A stretch of 64,000 nucleotides of DNA from Promethearchaeota archaeon (GCA_016840085.1 JAEOTA010000036.1:1-64000), one strand, 5' to 3'; shown: positions 50,543 to 61,394, counted from the first letter of the stretch. The notes: generated by a model not told the origin, from the sequence alone. Numbers and translations are program-made.

Positions 50543-52183
50543 TCATTTATCAAGTAAGATGTGTTTTTGTGCAAAGTACTTCTTAACTAAATACTTAGCT
50601 GGTTGAAACCGACTAACATTTCCTTGGAAATTTTTAAGATCTTCTATAAATGATTCCTCAAATTCTCCTGAAAATTCATCAAGTTTTTTTAATAACACGG
50701 GTAATTCCAAATTTGATATTAAAGTTGCAATATGATGTTTTCCATATGAAAAATAAAAATAATTGTTTTCTTTAATTATTTTTCTGAGATGTTTTTTGCT
50801 TTTAGTTATTTCTGTTACTATTGTTACAATTCCAGAAAGAGTGCCTGATATAAGATCTTCATCTAAATGATCCTTATCTTTATTCTGGTCTTTTAATTCA
50901 AAATTTTTATAGTAAAGACACACTCCATGATAATTTAATACATAAAGTTGTTTAATTGAAGAAGCCCATTCCCTTTCTTTAGATATTAAGATCTCTTTTC
51001 CTGCCATCATCCATACAAGAACTATAACTAAAACAAATGAGTTTAGAAGATCTGGTAAGTGTGGCGCCCATTCTTGTATTTCGGGAATCACATTAATTAA
51101 TCGATATAACAAATAGCCTAATGCGATGCCAAAGCACATTAAAGCCAAAAAAAGTCCATTAAGAGCACCTCTATATTTCAAGTTACCTCTTTCAGTTGAA
51201 AAATCTCCAGAAATAGTAAATATCGCTAGTATAAGTGGAAGAATAGCGAAAGCATAATGAATAGAAATATGGATGTCCAGTGGTATGCCAAATATACTCG
51301 TTATATCAGCATGATAAAAAGAACCATGCGTTATATAAAAAAAAGATACAATCAAAATCCCGATTACCAATGTAGTCTTTCGACCAACATTATCAAAAAA
51401 CCAACCTGCTGCTAGAATATAAAAAAAAGAAATAGTTGAAAATGCAATAATGTTTATCTCAAATCTATCAAATCTATCTAATGTAGTATACAATAAACCT
51501 CCTAAAAGACCACTTAAAAATGCAAAAGTAACTGAATATCTAGAAAAATGCTTCTCAAAAATTATCTTCAGATATTTCTTATCAGATTTAAGTCTCTCTT
51601 CAGTTTCAGTATATTGATAATTTTTTGAATACAATATTATAATTATCAAAAGAATAGACTCTATAATGATAAGAATTATGAATAAATCCTTGAAAAATAC
51701 ACAGATAAGACCAAACAAACCGAAAAAAAAACAGGATACCAAAAGTATTGCTGTTATTCTTGATCTATTTAGAATATTTGTTTCATGAACTAATGTTGAA
51801 AACCATACTATGATTAATATAGGTATCGTAAATAGGATAATCAATATACTAAAAAGATCTATTATAGGAGATGGATGAAAACTTAAACATAGACCTATTA
51901 AACAAATAAAAAGGGATATGATATATAATCGTGTTTTATTTTTAATGATATCAACGAGAAAACCAGAAGCTAAAAAAATGAGTGAAATTATAAATAATAT
52001 TAAAATCGCTGGAATCTCCCGAGTTAATCCCTTTTGCATATGTACTAAATATTTAAGTATGAAATATTCAACTATAAATACAATTGCAAGAAAAGAAAAA
52101 AACAGATAAAAAAATGTGTTTCTATCTACTTCTACATCTCTAGCAAATGTTTTGACAAACCTATCTTTAACGCTTCTTTTCAT
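50543..52183 (-). CDS. MFS-like multi-TM protein with C-terminal longin-like domain (paralogue A)
   Basis: About 12 TM, DNVGRK motif A; LYVLNYHGVCLY...DEDLISGTLSGI longin-like pattern. Confidence 0.75.
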   Translation of the reverse strand: MKRSVKDRFVKTFARDVEVDRNTFFYLFFSFLAIVFIVEYFILKYLVHMQKGLTREIPAILILFIISLIFLASGFLVDIIKNKTRLYIISLFICLIGLCLSFHPSPIIDLFSILIILFTIPILIIVWFSTLVHETNILNRSRITAILLVSCFFFGLFGLICVFFKDLFIILIIIESILLIIIILYSKNYQYTETEERLKSDKKYLKIIFEKHFSRYSVTFAFLSGLLGGLLYTTLDRFDRFEINIIAFSTISFFYILAAGWFFDNVGRKTTLVIGILIVSFFYITHGSFYHADITSIFGIPLDIHISIHYAFAILPLILAIFTISGDFSTERGNLKYRGALNGLFLALMCFGIALGYLLYRLINVIPEIQEWAPHLPDLLNSFVLVIVLVWMMAGKEILISKEREWASSIKQLYVLNYHGVCLYYKNFELKDQNKDKDHLDEDLISGTLSGIVTIVTEITKSKKHLRKIIKENNYFYFSYGKHHIATLISNLELPVLLKKLDEFSGEFEESFIEDLKNFQGNVSRFQPAKYLVKKYFAQKHILLDK

Positions 52184-52417
52184 TTTTATCTTATTTTAGA
52201 TATATCTGAATTTTGTAGATACTAATTTAGTTGTCCACGTTTAAAAGATTTTGCCTAGATCTTAATTTCATAAAGTTAATATTTGTACTATTTTTTAGGA
52301 TGCTTTTTTATTTAATTTTTTTGCTAAAAAATCGAATAGAAATAGTTTTAATAATTAATTCAGTGTTGATATGTTATTATTATATAGAAAGAAAAGATAG
52401 TAATATATTCTAAAATA

Positions 52418-54064
52418 TCATTCAGCAACTTCACCGTATTTCTGACTGAAATATTTCACTACAAGAAATTTTGTTGGATCAAAACGCTGAACATTTCCTT
52501 TGAACGTTTTAAGGTCTGTACTAAATTTTTGTTCAAACTCTCGCGAAAATTCATCAAGTTTTTTAAGTAGAACTGGTAATTCCATAGATGCGATTAGTGC
52601 AATAATATGATATTTTCCATAAGAAAATAATAGGGTAGCCTCTTCTTTTTGGATTTGTCTTAACTGTTTTTTACTATGGGTTATTTCAGATATTATAGAA
52701 ATGACTCCCGAAAGAACACCTGAAACAAGATCCTCATCTAATTCAGGGTGTTCCTCTTCTTTAAACAGGTCTTTATGTTCAAAACTGTGGTGATATAGAC
52801 AAACACCATGTTTATTGAGAATAAATATGTTTTTCAGTGCATTCGCCCATTTCTTATCCTTAGAGACTAAAAATTCTTTCATTGCCATCATCCAAACTAA
52901 AAGAGAAACTAAAATAAATCCATTTAAAAGATCTGGAATGTTGGGTAAGTATTCGTATAAAACAGGAAATCTCCTATATATATCATTTATCCAATGACTA
53001 AAAACAAATCCAATTATTGCTCCAAAAAATAATAGCGACATAAAAAGACCATTTATACGACCTCTAAATTTTAAATTTCCTCTTTCTGTTGAAAAATCTC
53101 CTGAAATTGTAAAGATTGCAAGTAAGAGGGGTAATATCGAGAACCCGTAGTGAATTGAAAGGAAAGCTTTTCTAGGTAACCCAAAAATATAGTCAGCATC
53201 AATGTATGAGCCATAAGATATAAGAAAAAATGAAAGAACAAAAATACCTAATACAATTGAAGTCTTGCGACCAATATTATCTAAAAAACAACCTGCCGCA
53301 ATAATATATGAAAAAGATGCTATTGCATAAATGAAAAGATCTACTTCAAAAGTATACCTCGCGATTAAATCTCCTAAAATAAAGCTTAATATCGTGAAGC
53401 TTGAAGAATATCTGAAAAAATGCTTTTCAAAAATTATTTTAAAATATTTTTTGTCTGATTTTAATCTTTTTGTAGTTTCTACATATGTATACGAGCGGGA
53501 AGCCCAAAAAATAATTAATAAAAGACCAAATTCTAGAATACCAAAAAAGAAATATAAAAAGTCAGACATAAGAAAAAGGACAGAAATATAACCCAAAGAA
53601 AAACAAGAAATCAACAGATAAGCTGCTATTCTACCCCGATTTAAAATATTAGTCTCATGAACAAATATAGTGAACCATAATATAACTAATTGAGGAACTG
53701 TTAAGAGTACAATCAATAATCCTAAATAATATATAAAAATTTCTTGAAAAGCGCTTAGGAGAAGTCCAATAATACAAAGAAATAGCATTAGATTGAAATA
53801 TTTTGTTCTATTCTTTATTAAATCAACTACTATACCTGATATAACAAAACTAATAGCAAGTACTAACAAAAAAATGTAAATTTCAATCTCTACAAATAAC
53901 ACTCCACCAGTTAGAATAGTGTATCTAAATAGAAAAGATTCAGCAACTAATGTAATAGAAAGTAAAGAGAAAAATAAATAAATCCATGTGCTCCTAGGTA
54001 AATTGATATCTCTTATAAATACTCTAATAAACCACTGTTTAATAGATTCACTTTTCATAATCAA
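52418..54064 (-). CDS. MFS-like multi-TM protein with C-terminal longin-like domain (paralogue B)
   Basis: Shares HETNILNR, LKSDKKY.KIIFEKHF and ISGDFSTERGNLK with A; IFILNKHGVCLY...DEDLVSGVLSG. Confidence 0.75.
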   Translation of the reverse strand: MIMKSESIKQWFIRVFIRDINLPRSTWIYLFFSLLSITLVAESFLFRYTILTGGVLFVEIEIYIFLLVLAISFVISGIVVDLIKNRTKYFNLMLFLCIIGLLLSAFQEIFIYYLGLLIVLLTVPQLVILWFTIFVHETNILNRGRIAAYLLISCFSLGYISVLFLMSDFLYFFFGILEFGLLLIIFWASRSYTYVETTKRLKSDKKYFKIIFEKHFFRYSSSFTILSFILGDLIARYTFEVDLFIYAIASFSYIIAAGCFLDNIGRKTSIVLGIFVLSFFLISYGSYIDADYIFGLPRKAFLSIHYGFSILPLLLAIFTISGDFSTERGNLKFRGRINGLFMSLLFFGAIIGFVFSHWINDIYRRFPVLYEYLPNIPDLLNGFILVSLLVWMMAMKEFLVSKDKKWANALKNIFILNKHGVCLYHHSFEHKDLFKEEEHPELDEDLVSGVLSGVISIISEITHSKKQLRQIQKEEATLLFSYGKYHIIALIASMELPVLLKKLDEFSREFEQKFSTDLKTFKGNVQRFDPTKFLVVKYFSQKYGEVAE

Positions 54065-54180
54065 TCCCTAAAAAATAATTATTATTATTACTTCTTAGCG
54101 GTTATTTTATTTAATACTTTTGTTAGAATTTTAACCATAAATTTTATTTAAATTTCAAGTTTTTTCATATATGAAATATT

Positions 54181-54663
54181 ATGAATAAAGTTAAGCACGT
54201 TCTCTTTGTATGCTTAGGAAATACAGCACGATCTCCGGTAGCTGAATACCTAGCTCGTTATCATGTTGAAAAACTTAATGTAAAGTTGAATTTCGATTCT
54301 TGTGGTTTTTTCAATGCATTTAGTTATATGCAACCAGAATCTCGAATGTATTTGGATTCAAAAGGAATCAAACATTCAGATTTTGTGCCTAAAATAATTA
54401 ATCGAACTCTACTAGAAAAACAAGATTTAATCCTAACAATGGAAAGAACCCATTCGAAAGATATTAAAAGTCAATTTAATAACATTCAAGATATTAATAA
54501 AAAAACTTTTACAATAAGAGAATTTAACGGAGAAACTGATGACATAGATATAATTGATCCATATTATACTTCAGTTAATACTTATAAAAAGATTCTAAAG
54601 AATATTGATGAGAATGTTAAGAAAGCAGTAGAAAAAATTATTTATCTGAACAATTCAACATAA
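54181..54663 (+). CDS. Low-molecular-weight protein phosphatase (LMW-PTP family)
   Basis: CLGNTARS P-loop, IDPYY. Confidence 0.9.
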   Translation: MNKVKHVLFVCLGNTARSPVAEYLARYHVEKLNVKLNFDSCGFFNAFSYMQPESRMYLDSKGIKHSDFVPKIINRTLLEKQDLILTMERTHSKDIKSQFNNIQDINKKTFTIREFNGETDDIDIIDPYYTSVNTYKKILKNIDENVKKAVEKIIYLNNST

Positions 54664-54940
54664 ACTTGTTTCATTGTAATAAATGAAACTTTATTATTGT
54701 CAAATATTCTATTTCTGTTCTGTCAAGCTGATAAAAGTGATCTAAAGTGATATATTTCATCACATTGATTTGCTTCTCGAATGATGTGTTCTCTGAACTC
54801 ACGGCGTTCTCCCCTTGGATGAAATTCTTGTTGTCGATGATATAGAATTACAAATACTAAATTACTCATTATCTGGAGTTCTTGCCCTAATGGAGTATTC
54901 TTTAATTAATGCAGTATTATTTTCATTTCCTAATTAATAA

Positions 54941-55029
54941 TTCCAATTTTATAATATTAAATTTCCAAAAGTAGAAATATTTATATATTAATGTTGGATA
55001 TTATAGTTTGATATATTCCAAAATTGGAA
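54941..55029 (+). promoter_or_regulatory. TATA box (TTTATATA, 54980-54987) flanked by TTCCAA-N2-TTGGAA palindromic sites
   Basis: Perfect site at 55016-55029; degenerate copies at 54941-54954 and 54963-54976. Confidence 0.6.
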
Positions 55030-55099
55030 AAACAAAATTATATAAATAAAGTAATATTCAAAATAGGATCAAACTTTTTAAGAGCTGCAGAAAATTCCT

Positions 55100-56017
55100 A
55101 TGTCAAAAGAAAAAGAAAAATTAGATGATATTTCAATTGAAACTGTTTTAGATTTATCAGTTACACAAATTATAATGCTTCAAATATTAGGACAGAATAT
55201 AAAGGTACCAGTTCGTTTTGCTCTACTTCAGGATTTAAATAGTTTTATATTAGACCCAAAACATGAGATTTCTCCCTCAAGTTTTTATAACAGTCTGAAA
55301 AAACTTGAAGGATTAGGATTACTACAAAGATTAAATGGTAATGATACTGTAGGAAAGAAAATCGGTCTTAAATCGACTTCTAAAGCACAACAAGCTATAA
55401 GGCTAATTAATAAATTAACGCTCCCTTGGGCAGTTTCATTAAACGAGTTATTAAGCAATATGATTCCAGAATTGATACAAAAAGTTGGTCTTCCTACAGA
55501 AGAATCAGAGAAAGCAGATAATTTGTTTATTCTTAGTTTTGATGGGAGAATGGATCCTAATATGTATAGATATTTTCAAGATAATTGGTCCAAAAAAATT
55601 TATTTCTTAGCAGATGATATAACTACCAAAAAGTTAAAAAAAAGAGGTATAACAGGATTTCATCAATCAAGATTTACTAATAAGATCAGAGAAGCTAACG
55701 ATTTTTTTGATGCTTGTGCTATATACCACTATCAGAGAGGAAAGAATATTTATGGGATTGTATATCATAAACTACTTAAAGATGTAAATAGAGTAATGAA
55801 ACCAGGAGGAGCTTTAGTTGCTCAAACATTAGCACCTCTACCAAAAGTAGGTAATATTTATATCGATTCCTTAGCCAAACTTTATAGCAGTCAACCTTTC
55901 TTTTATTCCTGTAAGGAAGAAGACCTTATACAAGATTTAAAAGATGCAGGTTTTAAAGATATCGATTCAATGGAACATGAGGGATTTATTTTTTCATGGG
56001 GATTTATTCCAGAATAG
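55100..56017 (+). CDS. Winged-helix (PadR-like) regulator fused to a degenerate methyltransferase-like domain
   Basis: ISPSSFYNSLKKLEGLGLL; FFDAC...DVNRVMKPGGALV...LKDAGF. Confidence 0.65.
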   Translation: MSKEKEKLDDISIETVLDLSVTQIIMLQILGQNIKVPVRFALLQDLNSFILDPKHEISPSSFYNSLKKLEGLGLLQRLNGNDTVGKKIGLKSTSKAQQAIRLINKLTLPWAVSLNELLSNMIPELIQKVGLPTEESEKADNLFILSFDGRMDPNMYRYFQDNWSKKIYFLADDITTKKLKKRGITGFHQSRFTNKIREANDFFDACAIYHYQRGKNIYGIVYHKLLKDVNRVMKPGGALVAQTLAPLPKVGNIYIDSLAKLYSSQPFFYSCKEEDLIQDLKDAGFKDIDSMEHEGFIFSWGFIPE

Positions 56018-56043
56018 CAAAAATTTCTATATGAATTTAAAAA

Positions 56044-56057
56044 ATCCAAAATTGGAA
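56044..56057. promoter_or_regulatory. Further copy of the palindromic site (ATCCAAAATTGGAA) upstream of the ABC ATPase
   Basis: 13/14 match to 55016-55029. Confidence 0.55.
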
Positions 56058-56110
56058 TATAAAATTTATCAAAAAATAAAAATTCAATAAAAAAAAATTG
56101 GTGTAATTAA

Positions 56111-57049
56111 ATGGAAATAGCAATTGAAACTAACAATTTGAAAAAATATTTTGATGATATTCATGCTGTTGACGGGATAGATTTAAAAATACCAAAAGGC
56201 TCATTATATGGTGTTCTTGGACCGAATGGAGCAGGTAAAACAACCACAATTCGGATGTTGTCAACCATTTTACACCCTACTAGTGGAGATGCTAAAGTAT
56301 TAGGATTCAATATCAGAAAAGAAGCTCGTGAAATTAAAAAACGTATTGGGGTTTGTCCTCAAGAACTTGTACTTTATCCGCGATTAAATGCAAAAGAGAA
56401 TATTCATTTAATTGCGCAAATGCATGGGATGGCAAAAAAAGATTATAAGGAAAGAACGGATGAACTGTTAGGAAAAATGAATTTATTAGATCGTTCAGGT
56501 GATTTAGTAAAAAGTTTTTCTGGTGGAATGAAACGACGGATAAATGTGCTAATGGCAGTAATTCATGAACCAGAGTTATTGTTTTTTGATGAACCTACAG
56601 CAGGTCTTGATCCTCAATCGCGGCGTGTTGTATGGGATTTTATCCGAGATTTTCAAGAAAAAGAATGTACAATTATATTAACATCACATAATATGGAAGA
56701 AGCAGATGATCTGTCAGATGAACTCGTTATAATTGATCATGGAAAAATTATTACCCAAGGTACGCCGGACGAATTAAAAGGAAAATTAGGTGAAGGAGAT
56801 ATATTAGAATTTAAAGTAAAAGAGGCCGACCAGAGAGAAGAAATTATTGGACGAGTAAAAACATTAGATTTTGTCAGATGGGGAAAGCCAGTTGGAAAGC
56901 ATAGAATTGTTCTTAATGCCCTTGATGGATTAAGGAGGGTATCTGAAATTATGGATATGGTTAAAGTAAAAATGGAAGACATTTCTGTTCGTAAAAATAC
57001 TTTAGAAGATGTGTTTATTGATCTAACAGGTAGGAGGTTGAGAGATTAA
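56111..57049 (+). CDS. ABC-2 (DrrA-like) exporter ATP-binding protein
   Basis: GPNGAGKT, FSGGMKRR, DEPTAGLD, TLEDVF. Confidence 0.93.
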   Translation: MEIAIETNNLKKYFDDIHAVDGIDLKIPKGSLYGVLGPNGAGKTTTIRMLSTILHPTSGDAKVLGFNIRKEAREIKKRIGVCPQELVLYPRLNAKENIHLIAQMHGMAKKDYKERTDELLGKMNLLDRSGDLVKSFSGGMKRRINVLMAVIHEPELLFFDEPTAGLDPQSRRVVWDFIRDFQEKECTIILTSHNMEEADDLSDELVIIDHGKIITQGTPDELKGKLGEGDILEFKVKEADQREEIIGRVKTLDFVRWGKPVGKHRIVLNALDGLRRVSEIMDMVKVKMEDISVRKNTLEDVFIDLTGRRLRD

Positions 57050-57795
57050 TGGAACCCAAATTTACTAAACAGGTATGGCATTTAACTATCAAAAATTTTA
57101 AATCTATGGTCCGCGATAAATTTCAGTTAATTTGGATTTTAGGGTACCCACTAGTTTTCATACTTTTATTAAGGTTTGGATATGGAGAAGGTCTTGTTGA
57201 AGGAACACCCTATACGGTATATGAACTATTTGCTCCAGGTATTATAATATTAGCTCCAATTGTATTAATTTCACAACTAGCGAGTCATTTCGCCGAGGAA
57301 AAAGAATCAGGAACATTACAACGCCTAATAACTACACCTATCTCACGTTCAACAGTATTAGCTTCAGGTATGGCGTCACAATTAATAGTAGCAACAATAC
57401 AAATAGTTATTATGCTCATTCTGAGTTTATTATTCGGAGCCCACTTTGATTCAGATGCAAATATATTCTTATTATTCTTAATTCCCTTTTTAGTTGCATT
57501 TGTATCTCTTGGATTTGGTTTATTACTTGCATCATTTGTAAAAACTGGTGGATCAGCTTCGGGTATAGCCTGGTTTATCATTTTACCACTCCAGTTTTTG
57601 GGTGGATTACTTACTGATCCAATTATAGATTTTATACCCACATCTTTAGCAAAAGAAGCAATGGTTGCTGTAATGCTTGATGGTAGTGTTGCATTTGATC
57701 TAGTTGGATTAAATTTAATTTATGTCGCTCTCTGGGGATTAGGATTAATAGTAATTGGTATTCTTTTATTCCAACGAAAAACTGCAATTTTATAA
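57049..57795 (+). CDS. ABC-2 exporter permease
   Basis: EKESGTLQRLITTP, 6 TM; TAATG overlap with the ATPase gene. Confidence 0.9.
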   Translation: MEPKFTKQVWHLTIKNFKSMVRDKFQLIWILGYPLVFILLLRFGYGEGLVEGTPYTVYELFAPGIIILAPIVLISQLASHFAEEKESGTLQRLITTPISRSTVLASGMASQLIVATIQIVIMLILSLLFGAHFDSDANIFLLFLIPFLVAFVSLGFGLLLASFVKTGGSASGIAWFIILPLQFLGGLLTDPIIDFIPTSLAKEAMVAVMLDGSVAFDLVGLNLIYVALWGLGLIVIGILLFQRKTAIL

Positions 57796-57920
57796 TATTT
57801 GTTCTTTAAGAACAAATTTTTTTTTTAGAATTATATTTTTAAATAGATCAAGTGCTATAATTATTAATTAAGAACTTACAAGTTTTCAGACTTTGTCATA
57901 AAAATTAGGGGTACTTAATA

Positions 57921-58448
57921 GTGGATACCTATAAAAAGGAATTAAACGAGCGAATTTTTAATCCTATTGAAAATATTAATTCAGTTAAAGGATTTGAGAT
58001 TATAAGTGAATCCCTAGTCTATAAGGTTTACGATGTGTTCGGTCGTAATAGTTTACTCTCGATTTTATATCAAACAGGAGTTTTTCCAGGGACTACCATT
58101 GCGGAAAGAATAAAAAAGGAATATAATAAAGAAGAATTTGAAATAGTGGAAGCTTTAGTAATTTTGATGGATGAATTAAAAGAATTCTATTCAATCCAAA
58201 TTCGAGATATTGAACAATATAATGATAGATATAGGATAATCATCGAAAATTACTGCTTTTTACGTAAACCAATTAGCCATCGCGAAAAATTAGACTATGG
58301 GAAGGCATTTTGCAGAATAAATAAGGGATACTTTGAAACAGCGTTCAAAAAATTATTAGGGGATAAAATAAAAAAAGTTGAAATAAATTTCCTTAAAAAC
58401 GATGCTGAGAAAGATGTGTGTGTTGAAGAACTTAATTTCTACCTATAA
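57921..58448 (+). CDS. V4R / TRAPP-Bet3-like fold protein
   Basis: LYQTG..PG..IA, YCFLR, FCRINKGYFETAF, terminal CVEELNF. Confidence 0.55.
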   Translation: MDTYKKELNERIFNPIENINSVKGFEIISESLVYKVYDVFGRNSLLSILYQTGVFPGTTIAERIKKEYNKEEFEIVEALVILMDELKEFYSIQIRDIEQYNDRYRIIIENYCFLRKPISHREKLDYGKAFCRINKGYFETAFKKLLGDKIKKVEINFLKNDAEKDVCVEELNFYL

Positions 58449-58479
58449 TTAGAATAATATAGTATTTTAAAAAAAAATT

Positions 58480-59601
58480 TTAAGAATCTTTAATATTTAA
58501 ACTCCAGAATTTTAATGAAGAGATCAATTCGTCTTCTGCTATGAATCCTATTAACTCTTCGTTGCTTTTTTCTCGTACAACACCAATATAAGGTTTTTTA
58601 CCTGATTGACGTAATTTTTTCATCACTTCTTTTCCTGTATCATCGGCGTCAATATTAGGAAAATCAGAGATTTTCCTCATAATATATCCGATGATAATTT
58701 TAGATCTCTGTTGTATAGATATTCTTTTAATGTCTTCTATATGAACTAAACCTACTATCTTTTTGTCTTGAACTACAGGGAGATAAGACTTTCTATATGG
58801 AAAAAAATAATCTCTTAATGCTTCTAATATAGTTATCTCAAATGGAATTTCTAAATTGGGTAAGTTCAGAATTTCCCTTGCGCTTATGTTTGACAGAGCT
58901 ACTTCTTTTATAGTCTGAGTATAAGATTGCTTCGCAGATGAGTTTAAAAATGAACCCATTAAAATTAACCAAAGTCCGTTTATAAATCCAAACGTAAATA
59001 TTTGGAAGAAGCCATAAATTATTAAGCCATAACCAAAAACAACACCAACTCTAGAGGCAGTTCTTGTAGCAGATATCAAATTATCTCGACGTTTCCATAA
59101 GAAAGCACGTAATATTCTTCCACCATCTATAGGAAAAGCAGGAAGTAAATTAAAAAGGCCTAATCCAATATTTGAAATTCCGGAATAAAATAAAGTAAAT
59201 GAAAATAAAGTGGGAATTGATATTGGTAAAATATATATTATTAATAAAGCCATCCCAATTAATAAACTTGATAAAGGACCAACAGCCGTTATTATCATCT
59301 CTGACTTTGGTGTTTTTGGCTCTTCCTCTATCTTCGAAACCCCACCAAATAAATATAATTCAATTTCCTTAACATTAAGACCATATCGCTGAGCCATGAC
59401 AGAATGACTTAGTTCATGAATCAAAATTGAAAGTAAAATAATTAATCCATTTAATAAGCCTACGGTAAAAATCTCAATAATTGGAGCATTAGTGATTATA
59501 GAAACATAGAGATTGGCCGCGTAAAAACCTACTAAACCAATGATTATCAATGTTGATAAATGAATTTTTATTCCAATACCTTTTATTGTAGCTATTTTCA
59601 C
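58480..59601 (-). CDS. Site-2 protease (M50) with CBS domains
   Basis: HELSH, NLLPAFPIDGGR; C-terminal LPVV...VGLVHIEDI. Confidence 0.9.
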   Translation of the reverse strand: MKIATIKGIGIKIHLSTLIIIGLVGFYAANLYVSIITNAPIIEIFTVGLLNGLIILLSILIHELSHSVMAQRYGLNVKEIELYLFGGVSKIEEEPKTPKSEMIITAVGPLSSLLIGMALLIIYILPISIPTLFSFTLFYSGISNIGLGLFNLLPAFPIDGGRILRAFLWKRRDNLISATRTASRVGVVFGYGLIIYGFFQIFTFGFINGLWLILMGSFLNSSAKQSYTQTIKEVALSNISAREILNLPNLEIPFEITILEALRDYFFPYRKSYLPVVQDKKIVGLVHIEDIKRISIQQRSKIIIGYIMRKISDFPNIDADDTGKEVMKKLRQSGKKPYIGVVREKSNEELIGFIAEDELISSLKFWSLNIKDS

Positions 59602-60034
59602 AATTCTTTCCTCTTATCAATTAAATTATCAAAATCGAATTTAATGTTTCATATCTTTTATCGTAAATTTAAATTTACTACAAAGAATTCTCATAGTTCA
59701 ATTTCTAATCTTAAAATAAAAAAACACTAATTAAACTCTTGGTATTATTAATAGAAATTGACTTTTTATTATTAATTATATTTTAAAATACAAATTCATA
59801 TTTCCTTATATTTCAAAATATTCATATTATTAAATTTTAAAGCCTCTGAACTTTATTCTATAAATTTTAGTCATAAAGGATTTAGAAAATGATAAGATAA
59901 TATATTCATTTAGATTACAGATTGTTACTTTTAGTGTATAAAATGTCAAAGATTAAAAAAAAAACAATATTACAACAATTAACTTCATATTACAAAAACT
60001 TAAATTTTAAATTCAAAAAGGTTGGGATATAATA

Positions 60035-61207
60035 ATGGTTGATATTAAAAATGTAGTAGTAATAGGTGCGGGTCAAATGGGTCATGGTATTGGTCAAATG
60101 GCATTACTAGCTGGTTATAATGTAACTATGGTTGATATCAAGGATGAATTTGTTGATAAAGGAGTCGCGAAAATAGATGAAGGAATGAAAAAGCTTGAAG
60201 CTAAGGGAACTCTACCTGAGGGTAAAAGTGCGGCTGATTTGATGGCAAATTGTAAAAAATCAACAGACCTAGCTTCAGCGGTTAAAGATGCTGATATCAT
60301 GATTGAAGCTGTTGTCGAAAGAATGGATGTCAAGAAAGGAGTATTCAAAACTGCTGGAGAAAATGCGCCTCCACATTGTATACTTGCTTCAAATACTTCA
60401 ACTATGAGTATTACAGAGATTGGCAAAGATTCTGGAAGACCAGATAAATGCATAGGAATGCATTTCTTTAATCCTGTTCCTTTAATGAGATTAATTGAAG
60501 TCATTTACAGTGATCATTCTTCAGATGAAAGTGTTGAAAAAGGCATAGAATTTGCAGAATCTATTCCTTGTCTTAGGGGAAAAAGATACGTTCCAAAAGT
60601 TTTAAAAGATAGACCCGGTTTTATTTGTAATCGAGTCACTGCGCCCCCTCAAATATATCAAAACTATTGTTTTGATAAAGCCGCTGAGGAAGGCCTTTCG
60701 TGGGATCAACTTGATAATGATTCTCGAGGAGGCCCTATGTCTATGACAGTTTTAGCTGACTATGTGGGAATTGATGTGCTATACCATGGACAAATGTATT
60801 ACTCTCAAACTCTCTCACCAGATTTTAAACCTGGAAAAGTAATAACTAAATTATTTAATGAAGGAAAGTTGGGTATGAAAACTGGTCAAGGATTTCGAGA
60901 TTGGTCTAAAGGAAGACCACAACCAGATAAAACCGCTGGAAAAGCAAGAATTTACAAGCTAAAATATCCTCTTGCCATTATGATGAATGAGGCATGCAGG
61001 GTCCTCGATGAAGGAATAACTAAAAATTGGAAAATAATTGATGACACATTAATGGCAGGAATGAATATGCCCGGACCAATGGCAGCAAATGTAAATACAT
61101 GGCCAAAACAAGTTGAAGTTTTAAATGAGCTTGTAGAAATGACAGGAGTAGAATATTTTAAGCCTTGTGAGCTCTTAAAGAGTGGTAAATGGGTAGAATA
61201 TAAATAG
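60035..61207 (+). CDS. 3-hydroxyacyl-CoA dehydrogenase
   Basis: GAGQMGHG, EAVVE, SNTS, GMHFFNP, PGFICNR. Confidence 0.93.
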   Translation: MVDIKNVVVIGAGQMGHGIGQMALLAGYNVTMVDIKDEFVDKGVAKIDEGMKKLEAKGTLPEGKSAADLMANCKKSTDLASAVKDADIMIEAVVERMDVKKGVFKTAGENAPPHCILASNTSTMSITEIGKDSGRPDKCIGMHFFNPVPLMRLIEVIYSDHSSDESVEKGIEFAESIPCLRGKRYVPKVLKDRPGFICNRVTAPPQIYQNYCFDKAAEEGLSWDQLDNDSRGGPMSMTVLADYVGIDVLYHGQMYYSQTLSPDFKPGKVITKLFNEGKLGMKTGQGFRDWSKGRPQPDKTAGKARIYKLKYPLAIMMNEACRVLDEGITKNWKIIDDTLMAGMNMPGPMAANVNTWPKQVEVLNELVEMTGVEYFKPCELLKSGKWVEYK

Positions 61208-61394
61208 GCTTTTTTAAAATTACATCTTTTTTTTTCTTATTTCTTTTAGTATTAGTCTAATCAATCTAAAGGTTTCAGAAATTCTATTTGAAAATTTTTA
61301 ATTATAGTAAAAATAATACTAATTATCTTTAAATAACCTAATTAAAGATTGAAAAATACAAAATAAGAAACCAATAAAAAATGAGTTGAAAAAA

